Under the pieces are notes generated by a model, which saw only the letters and a list, made by a program, of their open reading frames with translations, made no database searches and had not been told where the DNA came from. From Candidatus Iainarchaeum sp. (GTDB lineage: Archaea; Iainarchaeota; Iainarchaeia; Iainarchaeales; UBA10191), in the NCBI GenBank assembly GCA_030649735.1, contig JAUSFL010000023.1:32001-96000 (forward strand): a DNA stretch of 64,000 bases, read 5' to 3'. The first letter of the stretch is position 1. Each line of letters starts with the position of its first letter. The position numbers and the translations under genes were made by a program. Positions 47,621 through 56,710 of this stretch are shown piece by piece.

Positions 47621-48751
47621 ATGCCAGCGCAAAAGAGAGACTATTATGAAATATTGGGGCTTCCAAAAAACTCTACTCCAGAGCAGATAAAGCAGGCATA
47701 CAAGGAATTGGCGAAAAAATTCCATCCTGACATCAATAAGGAAGCCGGTGCAGAGGAAAAATTCAAGGAAGTTTTGGAAGCATACTCTGTGCTTTCAGAC
47801 CCTAAAAAGCGCGCGGACTTTGACAATCACGGATTCAATTCTCCAGAATTCTCAAACTTTGATGTCGAAGAGTTCATGAAGCGCGGGGGAATGCACTTTG
47901 ACTTTTCAGACTTGTTCGGAGACGCCGGATTTGACCCTTTCGAGCAATTCTTCCGCGTTGAAAAAAAGCAGTCTGCCCAAAGGGGATTTGACTTGCGGTT
48001 TGATTTGGAGCTGGAATTGGAAGACGCTGTTTTAGGGACTGAAAAAACAATAGAGTTTGTGAAGACTGACACTTGCGACGAATGCAATGGAACAGGCAGC
48101 AAGGACAAGGAAGTCCTGAAATGCCCGCAATGCAATGGGAAAGGGATTGTTGAACGCACTCAAAAAACGCCTTTCGGAGTTTTTGCAACAAGAATGACTT
48201 GCAATAAATGCACTGGGGCCGGAGGCGTTGTGAAAAATCCCTGCAAAAAATGCAATGGGTCTGGGCAAATTCGCGTGAGGAAAAAAATTAGCGTGAAAAT
48301 CCCGATGGGGATAGAGAATCAAAGCCATTTGCGTTTAAAGGGAGAGGGAAATGCAGGCAGCCGCGGCGGCCAAAAAGGAGACTTGTATGTGGTGGTTTTG
48401 ATAAAGCCGCACAAGATTTTCAAAAGGGACGGGGCTGACTTGTTTGTTGAAGTGCCAATCAGCTTTGCTGAAGCAGCATTGGGTGGGGAGGTTGAAGTGC
48501 CGACAATCAATGCAGGCACTGCAAAATTGAAAGTTCCTGCAGGCACGCAAAGCGGCACTTTGTTCAAGCTGCGCGGCTTGGGAGTCAAAGAATCAAGCGG
48601 AACAGGAGACTTGTTCGTGAAAGCAATTGTGAAAACTCCATCAATTCTCACTCCAACCCAGCGCGAGGCTTTTGAAAAGCTGAGTTCTCTGGATGGCTTT
48701 AAGGAAAGGCAAAGCTTTTTTGACTCCTTGAAGAAAAAATTCAAGAAATGA
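47621..48751 (+). CDS. dnaJ: Chaperone DnaJ
   Basis: HPD, G/F region, four CxxCxGxG. Confidence 0.96.
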   Translation: MPAQKRDYYEILGLPKNSTPEQIKQAYKELAKKFHPDINKEAGAEEKFKEVLEAYSVLSDPKKRADFDNHGFNSPEFSNFDVEEFMKRGGMHFDFSDLFGDAGFDPFEQFFRVEKKQSAQRGFDLRFDLELELEDAVLGTEKTIEFVKTDTCDECNGTGSKDKEVLKCPQCNGKGIVERTQKTPFGVFATRMTCNKCTGAGGVVKNPCKKCNGSGQIRVRKKISVKIPMGIENQSHLRLKGEGNAGSRGGQKGDLYVVVLIKPHKIFKRDGADLFVEVPISFAEAALGGEVEVPTINAGTAKLKVPAGTQSGTLFKLRGLGVKESSGTGDLFVKAIVKTPSILTPTQREAFEKLSSLDGFKERQSFFDSLKKKFKK

Positions 48752-48811
48752 GTTTTTTCTTTTTAAACCAAAACCAAACAAATAAAAGAACATCTACATA
48801 AGAGTTTTTTT

Positions 48812-49090
48812 ATGCGTTTAATTCCCTTGCTTTTTGCATTAATTGTTCTAATCGGGCTTTCTGGCTTTGCAAGCGCTAGCTGGCTTTCACAATTAGGCCA
48901 TAACATCAAGGATGAAGTCAGTTCCAAAAACCTAAAGACAGACTGGCATTTCACCTACAAGCACGTAAGCCAGCCAAAGCATCGGACTTTTGACTCTGCA
49001 AGGTGCGGAACCTACTACTGGAATGTCCAGGACAGGAAGTACTGCATGGGCGAATGGAAGGAAAAAGGAATAATAATCAAAGGCTGGTAA
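48812..49090 (+). CDS. Small secreted protein
   Basis: Signal peptide ending ASA; Cys pair. Confidence 0.6.
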   Translation: MRLIPLLFALIVLIGLSGFASASWLSQLGHNIKDEVSSKNLKTDWHFTYKHVSQPKHRTFDSARCGTYYWNVQDRKYCMGEWKEKGIIIKGW

Positions 49091-49135
49091 TCCAACCCTT
49101 TTCTATTTTTAACTTTTCCAAACAATCTTTTCATT

Positions 49136-49753
49136 ATGAATGAGACATTGCTCCGCAAGGGCGCTGAAGCAGAGCTTTACTCTGTTGAATACTTGGGCGA
49201 GAAGGCTTTGGTAAAGCGCAGGATTGCCAAAGATTATCGCATTCAGCAGTTGGATTTGAAAATCCGAAAGGAACGCACAAAGCTTGAGGCTGGCCTATTG
49301 AATTTTGCAAAACAGCAAGGAGTTAGGACTCCATTCATTCACAAGATTGACAGGAAAAATTTTGAAATAATAATGGAGTTTGTGGAAGGCAAGCGCTTGA
49401 AGGACGTTCTTTCAGCGAAAAACGCGCAAAAATACTGCGAAAAGCTCGCAGAGCAAATTGCCTTGTTGCACAATGCGGGAATAATCCACGGCGACTTGAC
49501 AACAAGCAATGTGATTGTGAACGAGCGCATTGGCGATTTTTGCCTGATTGATTTTGGATTGGGCTTTTACAGTTCCAAGCTTGAAGACCAGGCAGTCGAT
49601 CTTTTGAATTTGAAAAAAACCTTTCAAAGCACTCATTTTGCGCTCTTTAAGCACTGGAAAACGTTTGAAAAAGCCTATTCTGCAAAAGCAGTTTCAGGAA
49701 AGCAGGTTTTAAGGCAGGTTGAGAATGTTGAAAAGCGTGTTAGGTATTCTTGA
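49136..49753 (+). CDS. bud32: KEOPS kinase Bud32
   Basis: GAEA, HGDLTTSN, IDFGL, EDQAVDL. Confidence 0.93.
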   Translation: MNETLLRKGAEAELYSVEYLGEKALVKRRIAKDYRIQQLDLKIRKERTKLEAGLLNFAKQQGVRTPFIHKIDRKNFEIIMEFVEGKRLKDVLSAKNAQKYCEKLAEQIALLHNAGIIHGDLTTSNVIVNERIGDFCLIDFGLGFYSSKLEDQAVDLLNLKKTFQSTHFALFKHWKTFEKAYSAKAVSGKQVLRQVENVEKRVRYS

Positions 49754-49769
49754 ATTTTAGTGATGAAAA

Positions 49770-50426
49770 ATGCCTTTGAAAAGCTTGAAAAGAATTGGAA
49801 AAGGGCCTTTCAAAGGACAGACTCCAAAAAAAGTTTTTCAAACCGTTGATTTGGGATCTGGCAGAGAAGCAAGCTATCTTTACGGGCAAGCGAAGAAAAA
49901 CCCGAAAAGAGAATACTTGGCAATTGACACTGAAGGAATTATTCTTGGAGGCAGGCCTGCAGGCCATCCTAGATTCTTAAAGCCTTATCAGAGAATTCCA
50001 AAAAACCTCAAAGTTTCGATGAAGGGTTCTTTGCTCAAGCTTCAAGAACTGCATCGCTTGGGCGTTAGATCAAGGCATGTTCAGATTTCAATGCCGTCTG
50101 GAAGAATTTTTAGCAGAGAATATTTGCAGAATATTGCAAAATCTGCAGCAAAGGTTTTGCTTTCTAATGGAAAAGTGCATTTTTTGAGCCCTTTAGAGCC
50201 TGAACGTTTTGAAGGAATTGCTGAAGCATTCAAGTTGGAAGGATTCAGTTTTAGGGTAGCAAAAACTCCTGAAAATTCAACACAGCATTCTTTCGCAAAA
50301 TACAGTCCTAAAGCTGCGGCATGGTTTGAACAATACGGCTTTGTACCTTGGCAGTATGAATTTACATTGGGATTGAAGAAGGCAATTCCAGACAAGGCAA
50401 AAAGAAGGAATTGGCCGAGAAATTAG
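49770..50426 (+). CDS. SAM-methyltransferase-like protein with basic termini
   Basis: TVDLGSG motif I, YLAID; MPLKSLKR start, KRRNWPRN end. Confidence 0.65.
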   Translation: MPLKSLKRIGKGPFKGQTPKKVFQTVDLGSGREASYLYGQAKKNPKREYLAIDTEGIILGGRPAGHPRFLKPYQRIPKNLKVSMKGSLLKLQELHRLGVRSRHVQISMPSGRIFSREYLQNIAKSAAKVLLSNGKVHFLSPLEPERFEGIAEAFKLEGFSFRVAKTPENSTQHSFAKYSPKAAAWFEQYGFVPWQYEFTLGLKKAIPDKAKRRNWPRN

Positions 50427-50487
50427 AGTTTCGTCAAAGCACGAATCAAACAATATGTTTAAATATGTTTAACCTTACTTTTTGTTT

Positions 50488-50844
50488 ATGGCTTCTAAAA
50501 GTTCTTCAGTCACTGTCCAGGCTTCAAATCAAGTTGTCGGAACAAAGCTCACTCCAAAAGAGCTTTTGCAAATTCAAAGGCTTGTTGACTTAGGTGAGTT
50601 TTTGGGAGTTTCTGATTTTTTGCGAAGCGCTGTCAGGGAAAAGCTTGAAAGCATTGAAATAGTGCAAACAAGAAACATTTCCCTTAAGACTGCAAAGAAG
50701 GAAGTTTTGGGCTATTTTGAGAAATATTCTGAAGCCTTCCCTTCAGATGCCGCGAATGCCTTGAGTTTGGACTTGGAAACCGTGCATAAACTGACAAAAG
50801 AATTGATTGCTGAAAAAAGGCTTGAAGTGATTAATAATGACTGA
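50488..50844 (+). CDS. Ribbon-helix-helix plus HTH regulator/antitoxin-like protein
   Basis: VGTKL...VSDFLRSAVREKL; upstream AATATGTTTA tandem repeat 50452-50471. Confidence 0.7.
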   Translation: MASKSSSVTVQASNQVVGTKLTPKELLQIQRLVDLGEFLGVSDFLRSAVREKLESIEIVQTRNISLKTAKKEVLGYFEKYSEAFPSDAANALSLDLETVHKLTKELIAEKRLEVINND

Positions 50845-51019
50845 TTGCTTTGAGGTTGGAGACTGCCTTAAAGGCGACAGGATTGCAGCAGAGGCAAGAA
50901 AGCTAAGCAGGCCAAGGATTGTTGCAAAGACTGGACGGCATCAGGCACAGCAGATTGTGCTTTGGGAAAACGCATTTTGCGTGATTGAAAAAAAGCTTCG
51001 TTTTGTTCCCCAGCGTTAA
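50837..51019 (+). CDS. Short ORF overlapping the RHH gene, possibly a remnant
   Basis: Start overlaps the RHH stop; no recognisable motif. Confidence 0.3.
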   Translation: MTDCFEVGDCLKGDRIAAEARKLSRPRIVAKTGRHQAQQIVLWENAFCVIEKKLRFVPQR

Positions 51020-51139
51020 CCAGCCCCTTTTTTAAACCTTTTTTCCCAATTTCTAGTTATACTTTGTTTTTTATATCAGCTGTCTCAAGCCCTCTAAAGG
51101 TTGGGAAGGCAAAGTAATGTTTTTTACTTGGTGAATTTT

Positions 51140-51583
51140 TTGGCAGAAACCAAACAGCATGAAGCAACAGCCCATTCTGGCAATAAGGCAAAGCAGCAGT
51201 CTGCAGACTTGAGCAAGCAAGAGATTGCAGAATTGATCAGCTCGCTTTCAAACAAAGGCCATAATGCTTCAGAGATTGGGCTTATTTTAAGGGACCAGCA
51301 TAACATTCATTCAGTAAAGGCAATCACTGGAAAGAGAATAACGCAATTAATGCATGAGAAAGGCATTGTCCAAGACATTCCTGAAGACATGATGAATTTG
51401 ATAAAGACTTCAGTGAGGCTGCAAAAGCACATGGTAGAGCACAGGAAAGACACTTCTGCAAAGCGCGGCTACCAGCTTTCAGTAAGCAAAATCAGGCGCT
51501 TGGCAAAATATTACATTAAAGAGAGAAAACTCCCTTCAAACTGGAGATACACTGCGGAAACCGCGCAATTGTTGGTTAAGTGA
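51140..51583 (+). CDS. rps15: Ribosomal protein S15 (uS15/S13e)
   Basis: IGLILRDQH, IPED, SKIRRLAKYY, NWRY; TTG start after GGTGA. Confidence 0.93.
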   Translation: MAETKQHEATAHSGNKAKQQSADLSKQEIAELISSLSNKGHNASEIGLILRDQHNIHSVKAITGKRITQLMHEKGIVQDIPEDMMNLIKTSVRLQKHMVEHRKDTSAKRGYQLSVSKIRRLAKYYIKERKLPSNWRYTAETAQLLVK

Positions 51584-51588
51584 TTTTT

Positions 51589-52164
51589 ATGGCAACAACA
51601 GCAAAGACAGTTGACAAGTGGAAAAAGAAAAAATGGTTCAAAATTTTCGCTCCGCCTCTATTCGACAAGCGCGAGATTGGCGAGACTCCTGCGGAAAAGC
51701 CAGAGAATGTCATGGGCAGGACTGTAAAGGCGAACGTGCGCGCCTTGACCGGCCAGATAAAAAAGGCCCACGTTGACTTGATTTTCAAGATAATGGATGT
51801 TCAAGGCTTGAACGCGAGCACTGAAATTTCCGGAATGATTGTAAAGCCTGAAACTTTGAGAAGGGTTGTCAGGCGAAGGAATTCAAAAATTGACGTTGTC
51901 CTCGATTCAAGGACCAAAGATAATAAGAAAGCCCGCATTAAGGCGACTGTTGTCTGCCTGAAAAAAATCGAGCGAATCAAGGAAACGGCAATAAGGAAAA
52001 AGCTTTTGGAAGAGCTTTCTAAAATGGCTGTTTCAAAGAATTTTGAAGACTTGATCAGTGACGCGATTTTTGGAAATTCACTCAATTCCTTGTTTGCGTC
52101 TGTCAAAACAATTGCAGGCATTAAGAGAATTGAAATAATGGCAGTCAGGCAATTGAATGATTGA
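51589..52164 (+). CDS. rps3ae: Ribosomal protein S3ae (eS1)
   Basis: DKWKKKKWF, IGETPA, RRRNSKID. Confidence 0.93.
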   Translation: MATTAKTVDKWKKKKWFKIFAPPLFDKREIGETPAEKPENVMGRTVKANVRALTGQIKKAHVDLIFKIMDVQGLNASTEISGMIVKPETLRRVVRRRNSKIDVVLDSRTKDNKKARIKATVVCLKKIERIKETAIRKKLLEELSKMAVSKNFEDLISDAIFGNSLNSLFASVKTIAGIKRIEIMAVRQLND

Positions 52165-52843
52165 AATTGAAGTTTTTGTCTTATTTCTTTCATTAGTCGT
52201 TTTTTCGCTGATTTCCTACTGGAAAAAGGCTTTGGACAAGCGCGGAATCCTGGCAGCAAACATTGTCGGGCTTTTGATTTTTTGGTTTGGAAAAGACGCT
52301 TTTTCCACTGGCCTAGTTCCTTTCTTCTTGATTGTATTGTTTTTTGCCATTGCAGAATCATGCACTCGCTATGCCAGAATGCTCAAGAAAACCCATCATG
52401 AAATCAGGAGCGTTGGGAACATTTTAGGCAATTCTGGAGCAGCCTTGATTGCATTGGTGTTTGTTTCTCCAATCGGCTTTTTTGCGGCAATCGCGTGCGC
52501 TTTGGCTGACACTTTAAGCTCTGAAGTCGGCTTGCTTTCCAAAGTGAAGCCCCGCTTGATAACTACTTTCAGGCACGTGGCGCCAGGCACTGACGGCGCA
52601 ATCAGTTCTTTAGGAACCACGACTGCAGCTTTTGGAGCATTGCTGATTGGCGCGATTTATTTTTTGCTTTTCAATGACTTGAAGGCTTTTGCAATAATCT
52701 CTTTTGCGGGATTTTTTGGAATGCTTGCTGATTCAGTGTTTGGCGCGACTCTCCAAAAGATTGGAGTATTGAACAACAGCACAGTAAATTTTGTCGCTTG
52801 CGGCCTTGCGGCAATCGCGGCTGTTTTGCTTTTTGGGCTTTAA
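52157..52843 (+). CDS. DUF92/TMEM19 membrane protein
   Basis: ADTLSSEVG, PGTDGAIS, DSVFGATLQ, NSTVNF. Confidence 0.88.
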   Translation: MIEIEVFVLFLSLVVFSLISYWKKALDKRGILAANIVGLLIFWFGKDAFSTGLVPFFLIVLFFAIAESCTRYARMLKKTHHEIRSVGNILGNSGAALIALVFVSPIGFFAAIACALADTLSSEVGLLSKVKPRLITTFRHVAPGTDGAISSLGTTTAAFGALLIGAIYFLLFNDLKAFAIISFAGFFGMLADSVFGATLQKIGVLNNSTVNFVACGLAAIAAVLLFGL

Positions 52844-52879
52844 AGTTTTTTTGAACTTTTGTGCAAATAATTGTATTAG

Positions 52880-53551
52880 TTAACGATTGATTTCATTCGT
52901 GCACTTGGACTTCAAATAAATGTTTTCTTTTGGAGTGGTGGTAGACTCAGTTTCGTGATAGTCGTAATTTTCAATTCTATCACAAATTTTTTTGTCTTGC
53001 ATCCCTAAAGCCAATATATATGTGCACCAATTTCTTGAAGCATTAATGTTGCCGCCAGCACCACAGGCAATCAGTGGATGGCGAGTGTTAGAAAGGCTTT
53101 TCTGTAAATCAAAAGTTTCGCACTCTTGTTTCATAGTCATATTTGTTAAGCCAGTGTTGTATGCTGGATCTATTTTATTGCAGATGTTTTTATCTGATTT
53201 TATGACTGAAAAAAGAAGATAGCAGGTTTGTTCGGTGTATTTATTCACTGAGCCCAATTTTGGACAGTTGTCTGGATCGCCACTAATTATTACTGCCTGT
53301 AATTCTTCAAAATCTTCAATCTCTTCCTTTACTAAAATTACAAGGCCTATATGATCTCCTTTGGTATAATCTAATATAGATTTATCAAAACCAGCTTTTG
53401 CCAAGTCAATAATCTGGCTGTCAGTTAAGGAATTAAAATTGATATTTCGAAATTCTCCATTAACATCGTTGGTTTGATTGTTATTTGTATTTTGAGTGCA
53501 TCCTGCCAGTACTGCCAAACTTAAAAATATCAAAATCAGAAGTATTTTCAT
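52880..53551 (-). CDS. Cys-repeat lipoprotein
   Basis: Lipobox VLAGC; ICNKI/ICDRI repeats; AT-rich. Confidence 0.75.
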   Translation of the reverse strand: MKILLILIFLSLAVLAGCTQNTNNNQTNDVNGEFRNINFNSLTDSQIIDLAKAGFDKSILDYTKGDHIGLVILVKEEIEDFEELQAVIISGDPDNCPKLGSVNKYTEQTCYLLFSVIKSDKNICNKIDPAYNTGLTNMTMKQECETFDLQKSLSNTRHPLIACGAGGNINASRNWCTYILALGMQDKKICDRIENYDYHETESTTTPKENIYLKSKCTNEINR

Positions 53552-53730
53552 TGTAAAATTAACTATTTTTATTAATAAAAGCTTTTGCTTCGACTTGCCT
53601 AAATTATTTTCAACTTATTTGTTTGATTGTATTCAAGTTGTGTATTGCCCCTATTTTTTGGCAGTATTAAGCAAAACCTGGTTTTTGAAAACATTTTTAT
53701 TCCCTGCTTTCTTTATTATTTGGATTCTTG

Positions 53731-55224
53731 ATGGTTGAAGTCGCTTTGTTGCCTTTAGAGCTTATTGGAATCGTGATTTTGATCGCGATTTTCTTTTCTA
53801 TTATTGCAAAAAAGCTCGGGCAGAATGCCGCAATCGGCTTTATTCTCACTGGCTTTATTTTAGGGCCTTTTGTATTGAAGGTTTTGCATCCTTCAGACCC
53901 AGTGGTCATTGCTTTCAGCGAGCTTGGACTTTTCATTCTCTTGTTTTATTTGGGATTGGAGCTTTCTTGGCGAGAGTTTTTGGAGGCCGGAAGCTCTGGC
54001 TTTGGACTGGCAGTAATTGACATGCTTGCCTGCACTATTGCCGGTTTTTTGCTTTCATTGCTTTTCGGTTTTTCATTGATTTTTTCAGTCCTTGTTGGCT
54101 TCATGCTTTTTTCAACAAGCACTGCAATTATTGCAAAGTTTGCGATTGACAGGAAGCTCATGCAGACTCCGTCTGCAAAGTTTGTGCTTTCCATTGCAAT
54201 ACTGCAGGATTTTTTGGGAATTTTGCTTGTTGTCTTGGTGACTAGCAGCTCTAAAAACGGCTCTGCATTGGATGTCGCATTGACTTCGCTTGTTTTTGCA
54301 ATTTCTGTATTTGTTGCAGTGCACCAGCTTTCAAGGTTTGTTGAAGGCTGGATGATTTCAAACAAGCTTGGCCAGACTGAAATCACTCTTTATGCCTTGG
54401 GAGTTGGATTGATTGTTGCGACAATTGCAACCATGCTTGGGCTTTCCGCAGCGCTTGGGGCTTACTTTGCTGGCTTTGCATTGGCTGAAACCCAGGCTGG
54501 CAGGCGGATAAAGCATGACGTGAATTTCATGCGCGATTTTTTCCTGGTGTTTTTCTTTGTCGGCTTTGGAACAACAATTTTTTACAATTCTGGCGCAATT
54601 CTTCAAGCATTTCCTTCTGTTGAAACCTTGTTGAGCATTGGGTTAATGGCTTTGGTCTTAGCTTTGGTTGCGATTGCAGCTCATTTCATTGTGTTTTTGC
54701 TTTTTGGCTCGAGGTTTGGATTGAACAGGGAAGATTCAGTGAGCGCTTCAGCAATGCTTATTCCATTGGGAGAATTTGTAATAATCATAGCGACTGCGGC
54801 ATTGCTTGTTGTTCCTGCCTCTGAAAAGGCAATAGTGCCCGTGCTTGCTTTCATGCTGATTATTTTCACGGTTTTTGTTTTCGAGCCATTGTATAATGCA
54901 AGGCGGTTTGTTGAAAAAGTTCTTTCTTTCATTCCTTCACTTTTCAAGGAAGTTCATCACTCGCAAGTTGCAGGCCACACGTCTTACACTCAAAGGCAAT
55001 TGCGGTCTTTGATTTGGAACTTGTTCGTGATTTTGTGCCTTGCCTGGCTTTCAGTGATTTTGTACAGCAAGCTTCCTACTTTTGGAGTTCCAATTCCTTT
55101 TGTAAGGCAGGTTAATGCTTCATTGATTTTCCTGTTTTTTGCAATAGCGCCTTTCGTGCACGCGTTGATTGCTTTCAAGAATTTGCTTAAGGCAATGCAT
55201 TCAAGGAATCTTTCAACAGTTTAA
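53731..55224 (+). CDS. Cation:proton antiporter (CPA2/Kef-like)
   Basis: SELGLFILLFYLGLE, TSTAII, LQDF, RDFF, GEF. Confidence 0.88.
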   Translation: MVEVALLPLELIGIVILIAIFFSIIAKKLGQNAAIGFILTGFILGPFVLKVLHPSDPVVIAFSELGLFILLFYLGLELSWREFLEAGSSGFGLAVIDMLACTIAGFLLSLLFGFSLIFSVLVGFMLFSTSTAIIAKFAIDRKLMQTPSAKFVLSIAILQDFLGILLVVLVTSSSKNGSALDVALTSLVFAISVFVAVHQLSRFVEGWMISNKLGQTEITLYALGVGLIVATIATMLGLSAALGAYFAGFALAETQAGRRIKHDVNFMRDFFLVFFFVGFGTTIFYNSGAILQAFPSVETLLSIGLMALVLALVAIAAHFIVFLLFGSRFGLNREDSVSASAMLIPLGEFVIIIATAALLVVPASEKAIVPVLAFMLIIFTVFVFEPLYNARRFVEKVLSFIPSLFKEVHHSQVAGHTSYTQRQLRSLIWNLFVILCLAWLSVILYSKLPTFGVPIPFVRQVNASLIFLFFAIAPFVHALIAFKNLLKAMHSRNLSTV

Positions 55225-55235
55225 AAAAAAAGTTT

Positions 55236-55568
55236 TTAATGCTTTGGCCTTGTTCGAAGTGCTTGCCTGGTCCTTAATTCACCTGTTTTTGGGATTGTTT
55301 TAATTGGCCTTCTGGAATTATTTGCGGCTTTGGCATTAGGCCTTGCTGCTGTTCTTGCCTGCAATCCTCTCGTTGCTATTGTTGTTGGCCTTGGTCTTCT
55401 TAATGCGTTTTTCCAAGCGCCTGGCTGTATTTGCCTTAAGTGGTGCTTTCCAACGCCTGCTGCCGCAAAAATGCCTTCAAGGATTGTGGTCTGCCCTGGC
55501 GCTCTTTGAATTGTTTTTTTGGCTATTGGCTTTACTGGCCGTTTAACTTCAATTCTTGGCTTTATCAT
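55236..55568 (-). CDS. Highly basic orphan protein (MIKPR...RTRPKH)
   Basis: R/K/P/T-rich ORF filling an intergenic gap. Confidence 0.55.
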   Translation of the reverse strand: MIKPRIEVKRPVKPIAKKTIQRAPGQTTILEGIFAAAGVGKHHLRQIQPGAWKNALRRPRPTTIATRGLQARTAARPNAKAANNSRRPIKTIPKTGELRTRQALRTRPKH

Positions 55569-55639
55569 GACAAAATATACAGTTTAATGTATTTTATTCC
55601 TTTTGGTTTCTCAATTTCTTTTGAAAAGGCCTGTTTTTT

Positions 55640-56164
55640 ATGAATTGGTGGGACATTGCATTGTTTTTGGCTCCAGCTTACGTGGCTAATGCCGGCGCAA
55701 TGCTTTTTGGAATGGTTTTGAAAAGCAAGACTCCGCTTGATTTTGGGATTCAATTCATTGATAGGCAGCCATTGCTTGGCAAGGGAAAGACTTGGAAAGG
55801 CACTTTTTTTGGAATTTTTGCGGGAACAATTGTAGCTTTTGCATTGATGGTTTTGTTCCCAAAGCAGGCCTTTGACTTTTACCCTAATTACTTGCTTGCC
55901 GGGTTTTTGATTTCCGCGGGCGCAATTTTTGGAGACCTTGCGGGCAGTTTTGTAAAGAGAAGGCTTTTGATAAAGTCCGGCTCTCCAACTCCAATACTCG
56001 ATCAGTTGGACTTTATTGTCGGGGCTTACGTTCTTTTGGCAATTTTTTACTGGCCTTGGCCTAGCTATGATGATTTCTTTTTTGTCTGCATTTTTACAAT
56101 AATAACTCACATTTCTACAAATTACTTTGCTTTCAAGCTTGGCTTGAAGAAAGTGCCGTGGTGA
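55640..56164 (+). CDS. carS: CDP-archaeol synthase (DUF46)
   Basis: PAYVAN, PLDFG, GKGKTW, GDLAGSFVKRR, LDQLD, KKVPW. Confidence 0.92.
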   Translation: MNWWDIALFLAPAYVANAGAMLFGMVLKSKTPLDFGIQFIDRQPLLGKGKTWKGTFFGIFAGTIVAFALMVLFPKQAFDFYPNYLLAGFLISAGAIFGDLAGSFVKRRLLIKSGSPTPILDQLDFIVGAYVLLAIFYWPWPSYDDFFFVCIFTIITHISTNYFAFKLGLKKVPW

Positions 56165-56169
56165 ATTGA

Positions 56170-56685
56170 TTGGCGAAAAAACACAATGCACTGAATAAGA
56201 AAAGCGAGTTTTTCAGCAAGTCTTTCTGGTTTGCGTTAAAATTCTTCATTATTTTTTCAGTGCTTTACGCGTTGCTTTTCATATTGGATTTTTCCCCAAT
56301 TGAAAACTGGCTTGCTTCTTTGGAAGCCGGATTTTTGGGATTGAATGCTGTTGGGAATTCTGTAAGTATTAATGATTTTACATACGTTATTTCGCAGTCT
56401 TGCATTGGCTTGTTTTCCGGAATAGTGCTTTTTGCAATAATTTTTGCGTGCAAAAAGCCAGGCTTGAAGGCAAAGATTGCAATGGCAATTGCCGGGGCCG
56501 CAGCGCTTTTCCTCTTGAACATTCCCCGCGTGTATTTGGTGCTTTGGGCCGGCCAAAACTTTGGCCCAAGCGCGGCAGACTTGACGCATTTTGCAAGCTG
56601 GTTTGCAACAACATTCTTCATCATTGCAGTCTGGTACTTGCTTGCTGAAAAAATCGTCGGCAAAGAATTCAAGGAATTGATTTAG
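56170..56685 (+). CDS. Archaeosortase/exosortase-family protein
   Basis: Cys (SCIG), Arg (NIPR), His (THF) triad in a multi-TM protein. Confidence 0.78.
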   Translation: MAKKHNALNKKSEFFSKSFWFALKFFIIFSVLYALLFILDFSPIENWLASLEAGFLGLNAVGNSVSINDFTYVISQSCIGLFSGIVLFAIIFACKKPGLKAKIAMAIAGAAALFLLNIPRVYLVLWAGQNFGPSAADLTHFASWFATTFFIIAVWYLLAEKIVGKEFKELI

Positions 56686-56710
56686 AAAAAAACCCGAAAT
56701 TTGGGATTGC

